DNA of 59,485 nucleotides from the IMG/VR virus record IMGVR_UViG_3300000838_000001; one strand, 5' to 3'. A program made the position numbers and the translations under genes. Positions 1 to 8,740 of this stretch are shown here, one piece after another. Below the pieces are notes generated by a model that was given only the letters and a program-made list of their open reading frames with translations, was not told the origin of the DNA and searched no databases. The stretch's first letter is position 1; each line of letters begins with the position of its first letter. Source of the DNA: a virus.

Positions 1-300
1 GGTAATTGTCCCACTTGCTATTTGTAAAGCAGTTATAGTTCCTGTAGCTATTTCATTAGCAGTAATAGTTCCTGTTTCTATTTCATTAGAAGTAATAGTT
101 CCTGTTTTTATTTCATTAGCGGTAATTGTCCCACTTGCTATTTGTAAAGCAGTTATAGTTCCTGTAGCTATTTCATTAGCAGTAATAGTTCCTGTTTCTA
201 TTTCATTAGAAGTAATAGTTCCTGTAGCTATTTGTAAAGCTGTAATTGAACCAGCAAGTATTTCTCTAGCAGTAATTGTTCCAGCTCTAATTTTACCACC
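1..300 (-). repeat. 30-nt periodic tandem repeat inside the Tal gene (decapeptide repeats)
   Basis: Units encode TGTITA[NL][EQ]I[AKE] on the minus strand. 1-105 is identical to 121-225. The array continues at 59372-59485. Confidence 0.9.
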
Positions 301-1989
301 ATCAATTTCAACGGTATCTCCCCAACTCCAGTCTTCCATGATATCTTGAACATCATCAACTTGTGATTGTGCATTAGCAAGGTTGGAATTAGTTGCATCT
401 AAGGCTTCTTTTAAGTCATCTAAATTATCATTTGTTATATCTAAGTCATCTTGTAAATCTTCAAGATTACTGTTTGTGATACCAAGTTCATTAGAAAGAT
501 TATCTAAAGCTTCTTGATTATCAGCTAAATCATTTTGTAAATCCTCAATATTTTGAGTATTAGTATCTAAATCATCTTGTAAAATATCTAGGTCATTAAG
601 AATATTATTAACTTGTGCCGATATTAATTCACCTGTCATATCCCCAACTGCTAGAGTCCAATTAGTACCATCAAATCTCCACATTTCAAATAATTCACCA
701 TTCATTTTATACCACAAGTCATTTTCTCTAGGGTTTTCTGGGACATTATTTCCATAATAAATGGTATTTTTCCCATCTGCTGTTTGTAAAGTATGGTTAA
801 GATTATCACCTAAATCATTAATAATATTGTTAAGATTATTGTTATCATTTATAAAGCTTCCTGTAAAGTTATTTAACTCAGTTTCTAAAGTTATTTGATT
901 ATAACTTTGTAAAATAGGATTGTAAGTATAACTTCTCATTCTAGCATTTATTTCAAAATTATCTTCTTCATGTATTACAGTTACATAATCCCATATACCA
1001 ATATTTTCTAAAACTTGAAAGTCTTTATACTCAATAGTATCTCTTAAATCTACAAAACTAACTGAGTAACTAGCCGTAGGAATATCCACTTTATTTATGG
1101 AGTATTCGTCCTCAGCTCTTTGTAACAGCATTGCTCTAGCTTGTGTTAATGTAACAGCATCAGGGTCATCATCTTGTACATTAGGGGTTCCAAAAGCTTT
1201 TATATCCTCATATTTAAATACTCTATGTATAGGATTAATGTAGTTATTTATTAAAGGCGAATTAACAAAAGCTCCATTAATATTTTGTGCTGGTGTATCA
1301 ACTAAAAATATTCCATCAAATCCTTGAGGTAAAATCCTAGTAACAACACTTGAATAATCTATTTGTCCTTGATATCCAACAAGGTTTTTTTTATGTCTTA
1401 TTTGGACACCGTAATCAGCTCCTATAGCTTTATTTATAATAATATTAAAATTATCCCTAAGAAGTTCTCCACCCCATCTTGAAATAAACGTATTCTTAGA
1501 ATCACCCATAATTGCATCTACACCATTTTTACGAATAATCCTAGCACTAGCATTTTCATCTGAGGAATCGCTACCATCACTTGATGAAGAACCTATATCA
1601 GAACTTGCTGTAAAATTATGTGGGGTTACCATTCCATTAAGTATTGTATTTAATGCCTGCTGACCATTCATGTTATAAGGGTATATATCCATAACCATGT
1701 TATCTAATAAATCATAAAATATATGGTAAGCTTTTACATTAATGATTCCCATACTAGGGTTAAGTTCTTTTACCCTAAATAATTGTAAACCATTTGGTGT
1801 AAAGCACTTTATAAGTGCATCACCAATGATGTAAGATGACAATTTTCCACCTAATGGATATGTAAAACTAGCTGTATATTCTCCGTTAAATTCCTCAAAT
1901 ACTTCAATATCAATTAATCTATTATCTAACAATCCAAGTCCATTATGTGTAAAGTCTGTCTCATCTGGTTTGTAAATAGTTATTGACAT
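1..1989 (-). CDS. Tail-associated protein (Tal / baseplate hub type), N-terminal ~663 codons; frame stays open to nt 1 and continues at 59485
   Basis: ATG at 1989 lies one nt after the Dit stop. No stop in frame down to nt 1. N-terminus MSITIYKPDETDFTHNGLGLLDN is typical of siphophage Tal / minor structural proteins. Sits after TMP and Dit. Confidence 0.8.
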   Translation of the reverse strand, partial: MSITIYKPDETDFTHNGLGLLDNRLIDIEVFEEFNGEYTASFTYPLGGKLSSYIIGDALIKCFTPNGLQLFRVKELNPSMGIINVKAYHIFYDLLDNMVMDIYPYNMNGQQALNTILNGMVTPHNFTASSDIGSSSSDGSDSSDENASARIIRKNGVDAIMGDSKNTFISRWGGELLRDNFNIIINKAIGADYGVQIRHKKNLVGYQGQIDYSSVVTRILPQGFDGIFLVDTPAQNINGAFVNSPLINNYINPIHRVFKYEDIKAFGTPNVQDDDPDAVTLTQARAMLLQRAEDEYSINKVDIPTASYSVSFVDLRDTIEYKDFQVLENIGIWDYVTVIHEEDNFEINARMRSYTYNPILQSYNQITLETELNNFTGSFINDNNNLNNIINDLGDNLNHTLQTADGKNTIYYGNNVPENPRENDLWYKMNGELFEMWRFDGTNWTLAVGDMTGELISAQVNNILNDLDILQDDLDTNTQNIEDLQNDLADNQEALDNLSNELGITNSNLEDLQDDLDITNDNLDDLKEALDATNSNLANAQSQVDDVQDIMEDWSWGDTVEIDGGKIRAGTITAREILAGSITALQIATGTITSNEIETGTITANEIATGTITALQIASGTITANEIKTGTITSNEIETGTITANEIATGTITALQIASGTIT

Positions 1990-1990
1990 T

Positions 1991-2692
1991 TTATAACCAC
2001 CTCCAATTTGGAGAAATAGTTATTCCAGAAATACTACTACTAAATGAAATAATATTATCACCAACTTCTAATATAGGAAAACTACCTTTCATATAATTAT
2101 TCATATTAATATTAGTAAAGTAAGCATCTTTAATTGTACTATTAATAGTGATTTCATTAGTTGGACTAGTCATTAATTCAATAATATTTCCATTCCATGT
2201 TATAGTTGAATTAGCTGTATACTCTACGGTAATAATAGGTAAAGATTTATAGGTTGCATTATTTGTAATAGTTAGATTTCCAGTTAAATTAGAAATATCC
2301 TGAACATTACTTTCATATGTAAATGGATCACATTCAAAATTTACTGTAAAATATCCATAAGTAATATATTCATTTTGAATATCACCTATTGTAATCCTTT
2401 TTACTTTATAAAACATGTCTAACTCATCTGTAAATACCAGTTTATTAGCATTCATAAATAAACCTTTTAGAGTTCTTAATAAAGCTTTTATGTTAGTTCC
2501 TCTTTTTATTACATTAAAATTGATTGAGAAAGATATATCTGAGTAACCTATTTCTTGTGTATAAGAACCGTCCATTCCCTCAACTTCAATAACTTTATAT
2601 CTCATTTGTGGAGTTGGAATATTAGGACGTTCTGGAGTAGATAATTTATACTCTTGAAATAAATCAATATCGTTTATTAAAATACTTAACAT
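1991..2692 (-). CDS. Distal tail protein (Dit)
   Basis: 233 aa between TMP and Tal. N-terminal MLSILINDIDL..ERPNIPTP..VEGMDGSY resembles the siphophage tail family (Dit). Genes are tightly abutted. Confidence 0.75.
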   Translation of the reverse strand: MLSILINDIDLFQEYKLSTPERPNIPTPQMRYKVIEVEGMDGSYTQEIGYSDISFSINFNVIKRGTNIKALLRTLKGLFMNANKLVFTDELDMFYKVKRITIGDIQNEYITYGYFTVNFECDPFTYESNVQDISNLTGNLTITNNATYKSLPIITVEYTANSTITWNGNIIELMTSPTNEITINSTIKDAYFTNINMNNYMKGSFPILEVGDNIISFSSSISGITISPNWRWL

Positions 2693-2694
2693 AT

Positions 2695-5622
2695 CTACAC
2701 CATCCCTCTTCCTAATTTATTAGATTGCATCCTATTAAATAAAGCTCTATCCATATCCTTAGCTAACATTCCAGCTATTTTAGAACGTTCTGAACTATTT
2801 TCTAGTGATAGGCCTTTTGCTTCAATAGATACATTAACATTATAATAATTATTTCCAGTGCCATTTTCATTTGTAGATTCACCTAAGTTTCTAACAGAAG
2901 AATTAGCAAAAGTTCTTAATGCACCTATATCTGGACTTAATAAACCTGAGGCATTTCTACCTAATCCAGAACCTTGATAACTAAATGTTCCTAAAGGGTT
3001 ATTTTCATTATTTAAATCTGTATCAATTGTTATAGAACGTCCTGCTAATTTATTCCATGCATCACCAATTTCACCAACTAATTGACCAATTCTTGATTCT
3101 TGAAATTTCCTAACTAGTTCATCTATTTTTCTTTTAAATTTATCTACAATACCACTTACCCAATCAAATTTTGCACCTAACTTTTCTAGTTGGTCTATAC
3201 CATATATTTTAATTTTATCTTTAAAGTAGTTAAATTTGTCTACTATTTTTTGTATAACCTCTATAGTAGCCTTAATTTTATCCATAACATATTCTTTAAT
3301 TTTATTTCCAAATTCTCTAAATCTATCAATAACTTCCATTATCTTAGTTTTAGTATTTTCTAATATTGATAAGAATTTTTCTACTATAATTTTAATAAGG
3401 TCTGCTATAGCTCCCCAAACTGTTTTAGCAATGTCATACCACCAATTAAATGCAATTATTAATTTATCAATAATAAAACTTGCACAGAGTTTTCCAATTT
3501 CAATAAATAAACTTATTTTATCCATTATAGATTCAAAAATAGTAATTACACTATCTCTAATCGTTTCATAAAGATTTGTAAATGTTTCTTTTACCTTATC
3601 AATAATCCCACTAAAGAACTCAAATACTGGAGTTAATTTTTCCATAATATACGCCCAAATATCTTGGAAAATACTTATTACTAGTTCAACTCTTTCTTTT
3701 ACTTGGTTAAATCTATCAATTAAATATTGTTTAATAGCATCAGCTACAATAGCAAATACTTCTCTAATTACATCCAATTTTTTATTAAAATCTTCAAATA
3801 CTGAAATAACTTTATTTTTAATTATTTCATATACTTCTTTAAGTCTTTCAATAACTGGTTTAATATTTTCTACTAACCATTTAAACGATTCAACTAGAAT
3901 GATTGTAATAATTTTAGCGGTATTTACGAATAATACACTAAGGAAATTCATTAAGTTACTTAGAAATTCAAATACTGGTGCTAGTTTATTTTTAATTACT
4001 TCAATAATTGTTTGAAATCCATCTCTAAGGTTTTGTAGTTTTTCTTTTGCACTATCAATAGCACCATTAAACTTATCTGAGATATTATTAGAAAAGTTTT
4101 GGAATGATTCTTTTACCTTATTTGCTTTATCCTTAACTTTATCAAACCATTCACCCATTTTTTGTAAAGCATTGGAAATAAAATCTTTACATATTTTTAA
4201 TCCCTCTTTAAATGAAGCCCATAATTTATCTACAGCTTCTTTAAAGGATTCATTAGTTTTATAAAGATTCATAAAGTACTTTACTAATAATGCTATAGCT
4301 GTAATAGCAATTTTAATCCATCCCATTTTACCTAGTCCAGCTAATTTTTCAAATGTACCTGTAGTAGCTTTTAAAATATCATCTAGTTTACCAAATGATT
4401 CTTTAAATTTATTAACAACACTTTTAGCTAAAAGGAATTTCATTATAACTGGAATTGCTGGAAGTATTAAATGCATATTATCACTAAGAAATCCAAATAC
4501 TTTTGCTAATCCATCCATAGCAGATTGAAACATTTTAGCAACATCATCTCTGTAAAGGTCCTTCCACATCTCTTGTGCTACAGCAACTGTTGTCCAAAAT
4601 AAATCATTAATATTTGCTAATGTTGGTGCAATAGAATCAAAGAATTTTAGGAAAGGATTATCAGAACCACTAAAGGCATCTCCTGTAAATAAGTCTTTAC
4701 CTAGTGCTTGTAAATTAAGTATTTCTTCACCAGCGTTAACTAAAGGCATCATTAATCTAGCTATTGCATCAAAGAATGGTTCTACAATTTGTCCTGAAAA
4801 TATTTGTTTAAGGTCTTCTAACTTACCTTTTAAACCTTGCATAGTACCGGCCATTTCATCTCCAGCACCTTTATATAATTCCATTCCATCAATCAATAAT
4901 TTAATAGCTTCATCAGATGATATACCCGCTTTTGCTTGTCCTCGTAATGCAATAACTTGGTCATTTAATTGTTTAGTAGTTGGTTCTAATACACCTTTTG
5001 CTTTAAGCTGTGACCTAGCCATTAATTGCCATCCCTCAATACCTTGGTTAGCTAACTGATTCATTTCCTCAGCACTAAGTTTCCCTTTACCAGCAATCTG
5101 AGATATAGCGTTTGCTACACCCATCATAGCATTAGTATCCCCAGCTTTTCCCATAGCTGATAATGCATCATCAATAGCATTAACATTTTTAGCTAGTTGA
5201 TCACCGCCAATTCCTAGACGTTCAAATACTTTAGTTAATTCATCCGTACCTTTGTAATCAAAGTTGGTTTGAAGTGCTAGTTGCTGTATTTCAGCTTGTT
5301 TCTTTCTAGCTTCTTCTAAACTTCCAGTCATAGTTGTCCAATATGCTAAAGAATTTTCTAATGTTTGGTTATAATCAACACCTGTTTTAAAAATATCCTT
5401 ACCAACGTCTATCATTGCACTTCCAGCTTTTTTAGCAAAATCTTTAACTGCTTTTCCTGAAAATCCCCAAATATCAGCTAAATCTTTACCAATATCTTTC
5501 CATGACTTATCTATTTGTTCTGTTGTTTTATTTGATTCATTTAAAACTCTTCTAAACATCTTTTCTACATCATCAATGTTCAAAAAGACGGTTAACTCTA
5601 AATTTTCTGTAGTTGATATAAT
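2695..5622 (-). CDS. Tail tape measure protein
   Basis: About 975 codons of helical, low-complexity protein directly after the chaperone genes. SD AGGAGGTGA (5626-5634) is followed by in-frame ATT at 5622. The track start TTG 5583 has no SD. Confidence 0.85.
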   Translation of the reverse strand: MISTTENLELTVFLNIDDVEKMFRRVLNESNKTTEQIDKSWKDIGKDLADIWGFSGKAVKDFAKKAGSAMIDVGKDIFKTGVDYNQTLENSLAYWTTMTGSLEEARKKQAEIQQLALQTNFDYKGTDELTKVFERLGIGGDQLAKNVNAIDDALSAMGKAGDTNAMMGVANAISQIAGKGKLSAEEMNQLANQGIEGWQLMARSQLKAKGVLEPTTKQLNDQVIALRGQAKAGISSDEAIKLLIDGMELYKGAGDEMAGTMQGLKGKLEDLKQIFSGQIVEPFFDAIARLMMPLVNAGEEILNLQALGKDLFTGDAFSGSDNPFLKFFDSIAPTLANINDLFWTTVAVAQEMWKDLYRDDVAKMFQSAMDGLAKVFGFLSDNMHLILPAIPVIMKFLLAKSVVNKFKESFGKLDDILKATTGTFEKLAGLGKMGWIKIAITAIALLVKYFMNLYKTNESFKEAVDKLWASFKEGLKICKDFISNALQKMGEWFDKVKDKANKVKESFQNFSNNISDKFNGAIDSAKEKLQNLRDGFQTIIEVIKNKLAPVFEFLSNLMNFLSVLFVNTAKIITIILVESFKWLVENIKPVIERLKEVYEIIKNKVISVFEDFNKKLDVIREVFAIVADAIKQYLIDRFNQVKERVELVISIFQDIWAYIMEKLTPVFEFFSGIIDKVKETFTNLYETIRDSVITIFESIMDKISLFIEIGKLCASFIIDKLIIAFNWWYDIAKTVWGAIADLIKIIVEKFLSILENTKTKIMEVIDRFREFGNKIKEYVMDKIKATIEVIQKIVDKFNYFKDKIKIYGIDQLEKLGAKFDWVSGIVDKFKRKIDELVRKFQESRIGQLVGEIGDAWNKLAGRSITIDTDLNNENNPLGTFSYQGSGLGRNASGLLSPDIGALRTFANSSVRNLGESTNENGTGNNYYNVNVSIEAKGLSLENSSERSKIAGMLAKDMDRALFNRMQSNKLGRGMV

Positions 5623-5638
5623 ATTTCACCTCCTACTT

Positions 5639-5998
5639 TTATCTTTTAGTAATTTGTGTTAAATAACTTGAACCTTTATTTCTTAAATATTTTAAAGCAA
5701 CATCTCCTCCAGCTTCCATAAAGTGGGTACCCTCTACCCAATGACCTCGACCTCTTGCGGATATATACCCAAAGTTTTGATAATGTGCATAATATATTCC
5801 TGTAGAAATCTTGCCATAAATATTGTTTCCTTTAACAACTGCTGGTACTGATATAATACTTTGATATAAAGCTCCTGTATCAATTCTAGCTTCTTCTTTA
5901 GCTACTTCTCTACCTCTAAATGTAGCTTCATTAACAAGCTCTTTTCCATAAATTAAGGCATTTCTTTTAAATACTTCTGGTTTAATATTATGATTCAT
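5639..5998 (-). CDS. HK97 gp10-family tail-completion-like protein
   Basis: Motifs IDTGALYQSI, YYAHYQNFG and HFMEAGGD resemble the HK97 gp10 family. Its position between chaperone and TMP is unusual. Confidence 0.6.
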   Translation of the reverse strand: MNHNIKPEVFKRNALIYGKELVNEATFRGREVAKEEARIDTGALYQSIISVPAVVKGNNIYGKISTGIYYAHYQNFGYISARGRGHWVEGTHFMEAGGDVALKYLRNKGSSYLTQITKR

Positions 5999-6056
5999 AG
6001 TTGCACCACTACGTCTTGCTATCTAAATCACCTCTTTTAAAAGGCTTAATAAAAAT

Positions 6057-6284
6057 CTAGTAATTTCCTTTATCTAAAGCCCTTAATTGTGCATCATAAT
6101 CTTTATTAGCTTTCCAGACACTAATTTCACACCAATGTAATAAGTCTGTTTTATCAATTTCATTTAATGTCCAATTTACATCAATCCTAGACATATAAAA
6201 ATCATTTATAAAGTCTAAAAGGGAATACGGAACATTATTTTCCATACTCCCTTTTATATTTACATTGGTGTTAATTAGTTTTTT
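6057..6284 (-). CDS. Tail assembly chaperone T-extension, expressed as a G-T fusion by -1 frameshift
   Basis: The -1 frame relative to 6275-6586 is stop-free from the slippery site A_AAA_AAC to the stop at 6057. This is the canonical position between the tail tube and TMP genes. Confidence 0.75.
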   Translation of the reverse strand, partial: KKLINTNVNIKGSMENNVPYSLLDFINDFYMSRIDVNWTLNEIDKTDLLHWCEISVWKANKDYDAQLRALDKGNY

Positions 6285-6586
6285 TGTTTATCTAAAACAC
6301 CACTAATACGATTCATAGGTGAATTTAATGCTTCACCTAAAATAGGTAATAAATCCCCTATATCAATTCCATTCCAAAACTCCTCTACTGTAAACCCATT
6401 ATTGTAAAGTTTACTAGAAACGAACTCAATAGTTTTATCTAATGTTTCTACTTTCATATCATTCTGTAATTCTTCAGATAAAATAATAGCTTCTTTAAAT
6501 ACTAGTGCTGGAATAAATGATGGTTGTGTGAACTCTTTCTTTTCATTATTAATTAATAAAGTTAATTTCATAATTGTTTCCTCCAA
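6275..6586 (-). CDS. Tail assembly chaperone (G-like)
   Basis: 103 aa immediately downstream of the major tail protein. Ends in the slippery run. Confidence 0.75.
   Translation of the reverse strand: MEETIMKLTLLINNEKKEFTQPSFIPALVFKEAIILSEELQNDMKVETLDKTIEFVSSKLYNNGFTVEEFWNGIDIGDLLPILGEALNSPMNRISGVLDKQKN
6278..6284 (-). other. -1 programmed ribosomal frameshift slippery heptamer A_AAA_AAC
   Basis: Minus strand reads CAA AAA AAC TAA. A shift of -1 gives AAA AAA CTA ATT, which runs into the 62-aa ORF frame. Confidence 0.7.
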
Positions 6587-6604
6587 ATTTTATTTATATT
6601 TTAA

Positions 6605-7192
6605 TTAAGGTGTAATATTTTCATCAATTAATGGTTCTTGAACCTCTGTAAACCATTCAGTAATTTGAACAACGGCATCACCCTCAGCAACTCTTTCATC
6701 TACTTGATATTCGAATACTTGGTCACTTAAACGAGGGATAAAGCTTGCTGTTAAAGATGTTGATTGGAATGTTACAGTATCTTCTTTTGTATTATTTGCT
6801 TCTTCTGGTAATGCAAATTGTCCACGGTATAAAACTTTATATCGGAATAAACCATCTGCCATTAAACGCTTATACAATAAAGCTACTCTAGGTGCTTGGT
6901 CAATAGCTGTTTTAACAGTTGCTCCATCAATATAAGCATGACCTAATACTTCTGCTTCAATCTCTGGTTCAATACCTGTTAAAGTAACCCCAACTTCAAT
7001 AGCACCTAAACTAGTGTAAGTTTCAATAACTCTATTATCTCCATATTGAGAAGCACTCTCAGTAGATGGAGTAATAGTTAACTCTTGTACATATCCTAAA
7101 CGTTTTGGTGATTCATAAGTTGTTGTTGTTTCATCCTCAGTTAGGATAAGTGCATAAAATAACTCTTGCACCCCAATTACAGTTGTACTCAT
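6605..7192 (-). CDS. Major tail (tube) protein
   Basis: 195 aa. Its position in the operon and the N-terminal MSTTVIGVQELFYALI..D...Y..P pattern resemble phi13-family major tail proteins. Confidence 0.75.
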   Translation of the reverse strand: MSTTVIGVQELFYALILTEDETTTTYESPKRLGYVQELTITPSTESASQYGDNRVIETYTSLGAIEVGVTLTGIEPEIEAEVLGHAYIDGATVKTAIDQAPRVALLYKRLMADGLFRYKVLYRGQFALPEEANNTKEDTVTFQSTSLTASFIPRLSDQVFEYQVDERVAEGDAVVQITEWFTEVQEPLIDENITP

Positions 7193-7219
7193 TTAATCAC
7201 TCTCTCTTTTATTATTATT

Positions 7220-7618
7220 TTAATTATTTGGTTCTTCCCCGGGATTTTCGTCATCATCAATAGGATTAACTACTTCCCAATAATCGACCATAAACTGTGC
7301 ATTAATAGAATTATTAACATCAAATATATTAAAAGATTCTGATAAATAAAATCTATTAACTATTCTAAAACTCATTAAAGCATTTGCTAAATATTCTTTT
7401 GCTATATTTTTATCTAAAGTAGTTTGTAAAAGAGAAACTTGTATAAAAGGAATTGTTCTTCTTACTACATGAGATAATGGAATAGGATTTTCATCTAAAA
7501 CAGTTATGATTAAATCATTTGGAAGAGCATTTTGAATTACATTTCCAATAATAATTCTAGAATCTGGAAACCATATTTTAAGATTTGATACAATTTGGTC
7601 TTCTAGTAATTTGTTAAT
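7220..7618 (-). CDS. Head-tail joining / tail terminator-like protein (ATT start; absent from the ORF track)
   Basis: 132 stop-free codons. AAGAGGTGAG SD lies 6 nt upstream of ATT 7618. An in-frame TAA lies two codons upstream. It fills the only hole in the structural operon. Confidence 0.7.
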   Translation of the reverse strand: MNKLLEDQIVSNLKIWFPDSRIIIGNVIQNALPNDLIITVLDENPIPLSHVVRRTIPFIQVSLLQTTLDKNIAKEYLANALMSFRIVNRFYLSESFNIFDVNNSINAQFMVDYWEVVNPIDDDENPGEEPNN

Positions 7619-7645
7619 CTTTTACTCACCTCTTTACACTAAATT

Positions 7646-8041
7646 TTAAGCATATCTAACTTCTTGAACATGCATTACTTGATGACATGGATATACAACT
7701 GGTTCTCCAGCTGTTACAGTAACGTATCTATAATTAGTTGTTATAATAAATTCATCACCTTGTTTTAGAAAAATAGCTGGACTACAAAATACTCTAGGTT
7801 GTGTTCTAACTCTATTAGCTGAACCAGATTCATTATTATAATAACTATTTTCCATAACACTATTTAAGTTGGGTCTTGTTCCAACTGAATAAGCACAAGG
7901 TATTCCCTCATAAATAACTTGTCTCACCATTTTTATTGAACCATTTGTTTGAACTGATTCTACCATTCTATAAATATCCATTACATCAAAATAAGTTTGT
8001 TCTATTTCCATAGGTGCATAATTCTGTAAAATTCTAGCCAT
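7646..8041 (-). CDS. Head closure / head-tail adaptor protein (putative)
   Basis: 131 aa in the connector position between the capsid and tail genes. Tightly coupled to its neighbours. Confidence 0.6.
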   Translation of the reverse strand: MARILQNYAPMEIEQTYFDVMDIYRMVESVQTNGSIKMVRQVIYEGIPCAYSVGTRPNLNSVMENSYYNNESGSANRVRTQPRVFCSPAIFLKQGDEFIITTNYRYVTVTAGEPVVYPCHQVMHVQEVRYA

Positions 8042-8043
8042 AC

Positions 8044-8502
8044 TTATAACATCCTAAGTTTTTTATATTTTCGTAAAATCCATTCGTAATCACCAAATAA
8101 ATCAACACGTCCATCAGATGATGTTGGAGTCCTTTGTTTCTCATATTGTACGGTATAGTCACCACGTGTAAGTCTTGTCAAATCGCTATGTTGTCCTGTT
8201 AAATCAGAATATCTGTCATAGTTAACAATAGACATTTCAGCAATAATGTCATTAAGAATTTCTGGTGGTTCATATCCTAAATATGTTTTTACTTTTGTAT
8301 AAATAGATTTTACAGCTCTATTTATATTTTTCCTTACGTTTTCATCATCTGTATCTAAACCAGCATCATTGGCTATCGCTATTGCAAGTAAAGTAATAGT
8401 CACTGTTACTGGAGTTGGTCTACGTTCTGATATATTATTTTCTAAAATACCATCATTTACTATGACATTATTTTGTCTAGGTGGGTAAATAAACATTGAC
8501 AT
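8044..8502 (-). CDS. Head-tail connector protein (putative)
   Basis: 152 aa, first gene after the capsid gene. Call rests on synteny. Confidence 0.6.
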   Translation of the reverse strand: MSMFIYPPRQNNVIVNDGILENNISERRPTPVTVTITLLAIAIANDAGLDTDDENVRKNINRAVKSIYTKVKTYLGYEPPEILNDIIAEMSIVNYDRYSDLTGQHSDLTRLTRGDYTVQYEKQRTPTSSDGRVDLFGDYEWILRKYKKLRML

Positions 8503-8740
8503 ACACCATCCTTTAACATATAATAGTAGTATAATAATTAAGGACTACATTAGTAATAGCCCTTAATTATAAATACTTTATTCTATTAACTTTACCTTTT
8601 TAGGTCTACCACGTTTCTTCTTAGGTTTAGGTGGAACTTCCTCTAAGATTTCAACAATTGGTTCATCTACAAAAGTATTTTCTGTATTACTAGTTTCCCC
8701 TACAGTCATGCTAAATAGCATAGGTGGAGTAGGGTTTGAA

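Noticed and set aside
3236-3571. 111-aa plus-strand ORF inside the tape measure gene
   Set aside because: It is antisense to a long, well-supported gene. The translation is low-complexity and Ile/Leu/Ser-rich, as expected from the reverse strand of AT-rich coding DNA. It has no SD.
8578-8709. 43-codon ORF after the capsid gene with an AT-hook-like KRGRPKK motif
   Set aside because: It has no SD and sits in a spacer that also forms a stem-loop (about 8540-8570). The evidence is too weak to call it a gene.
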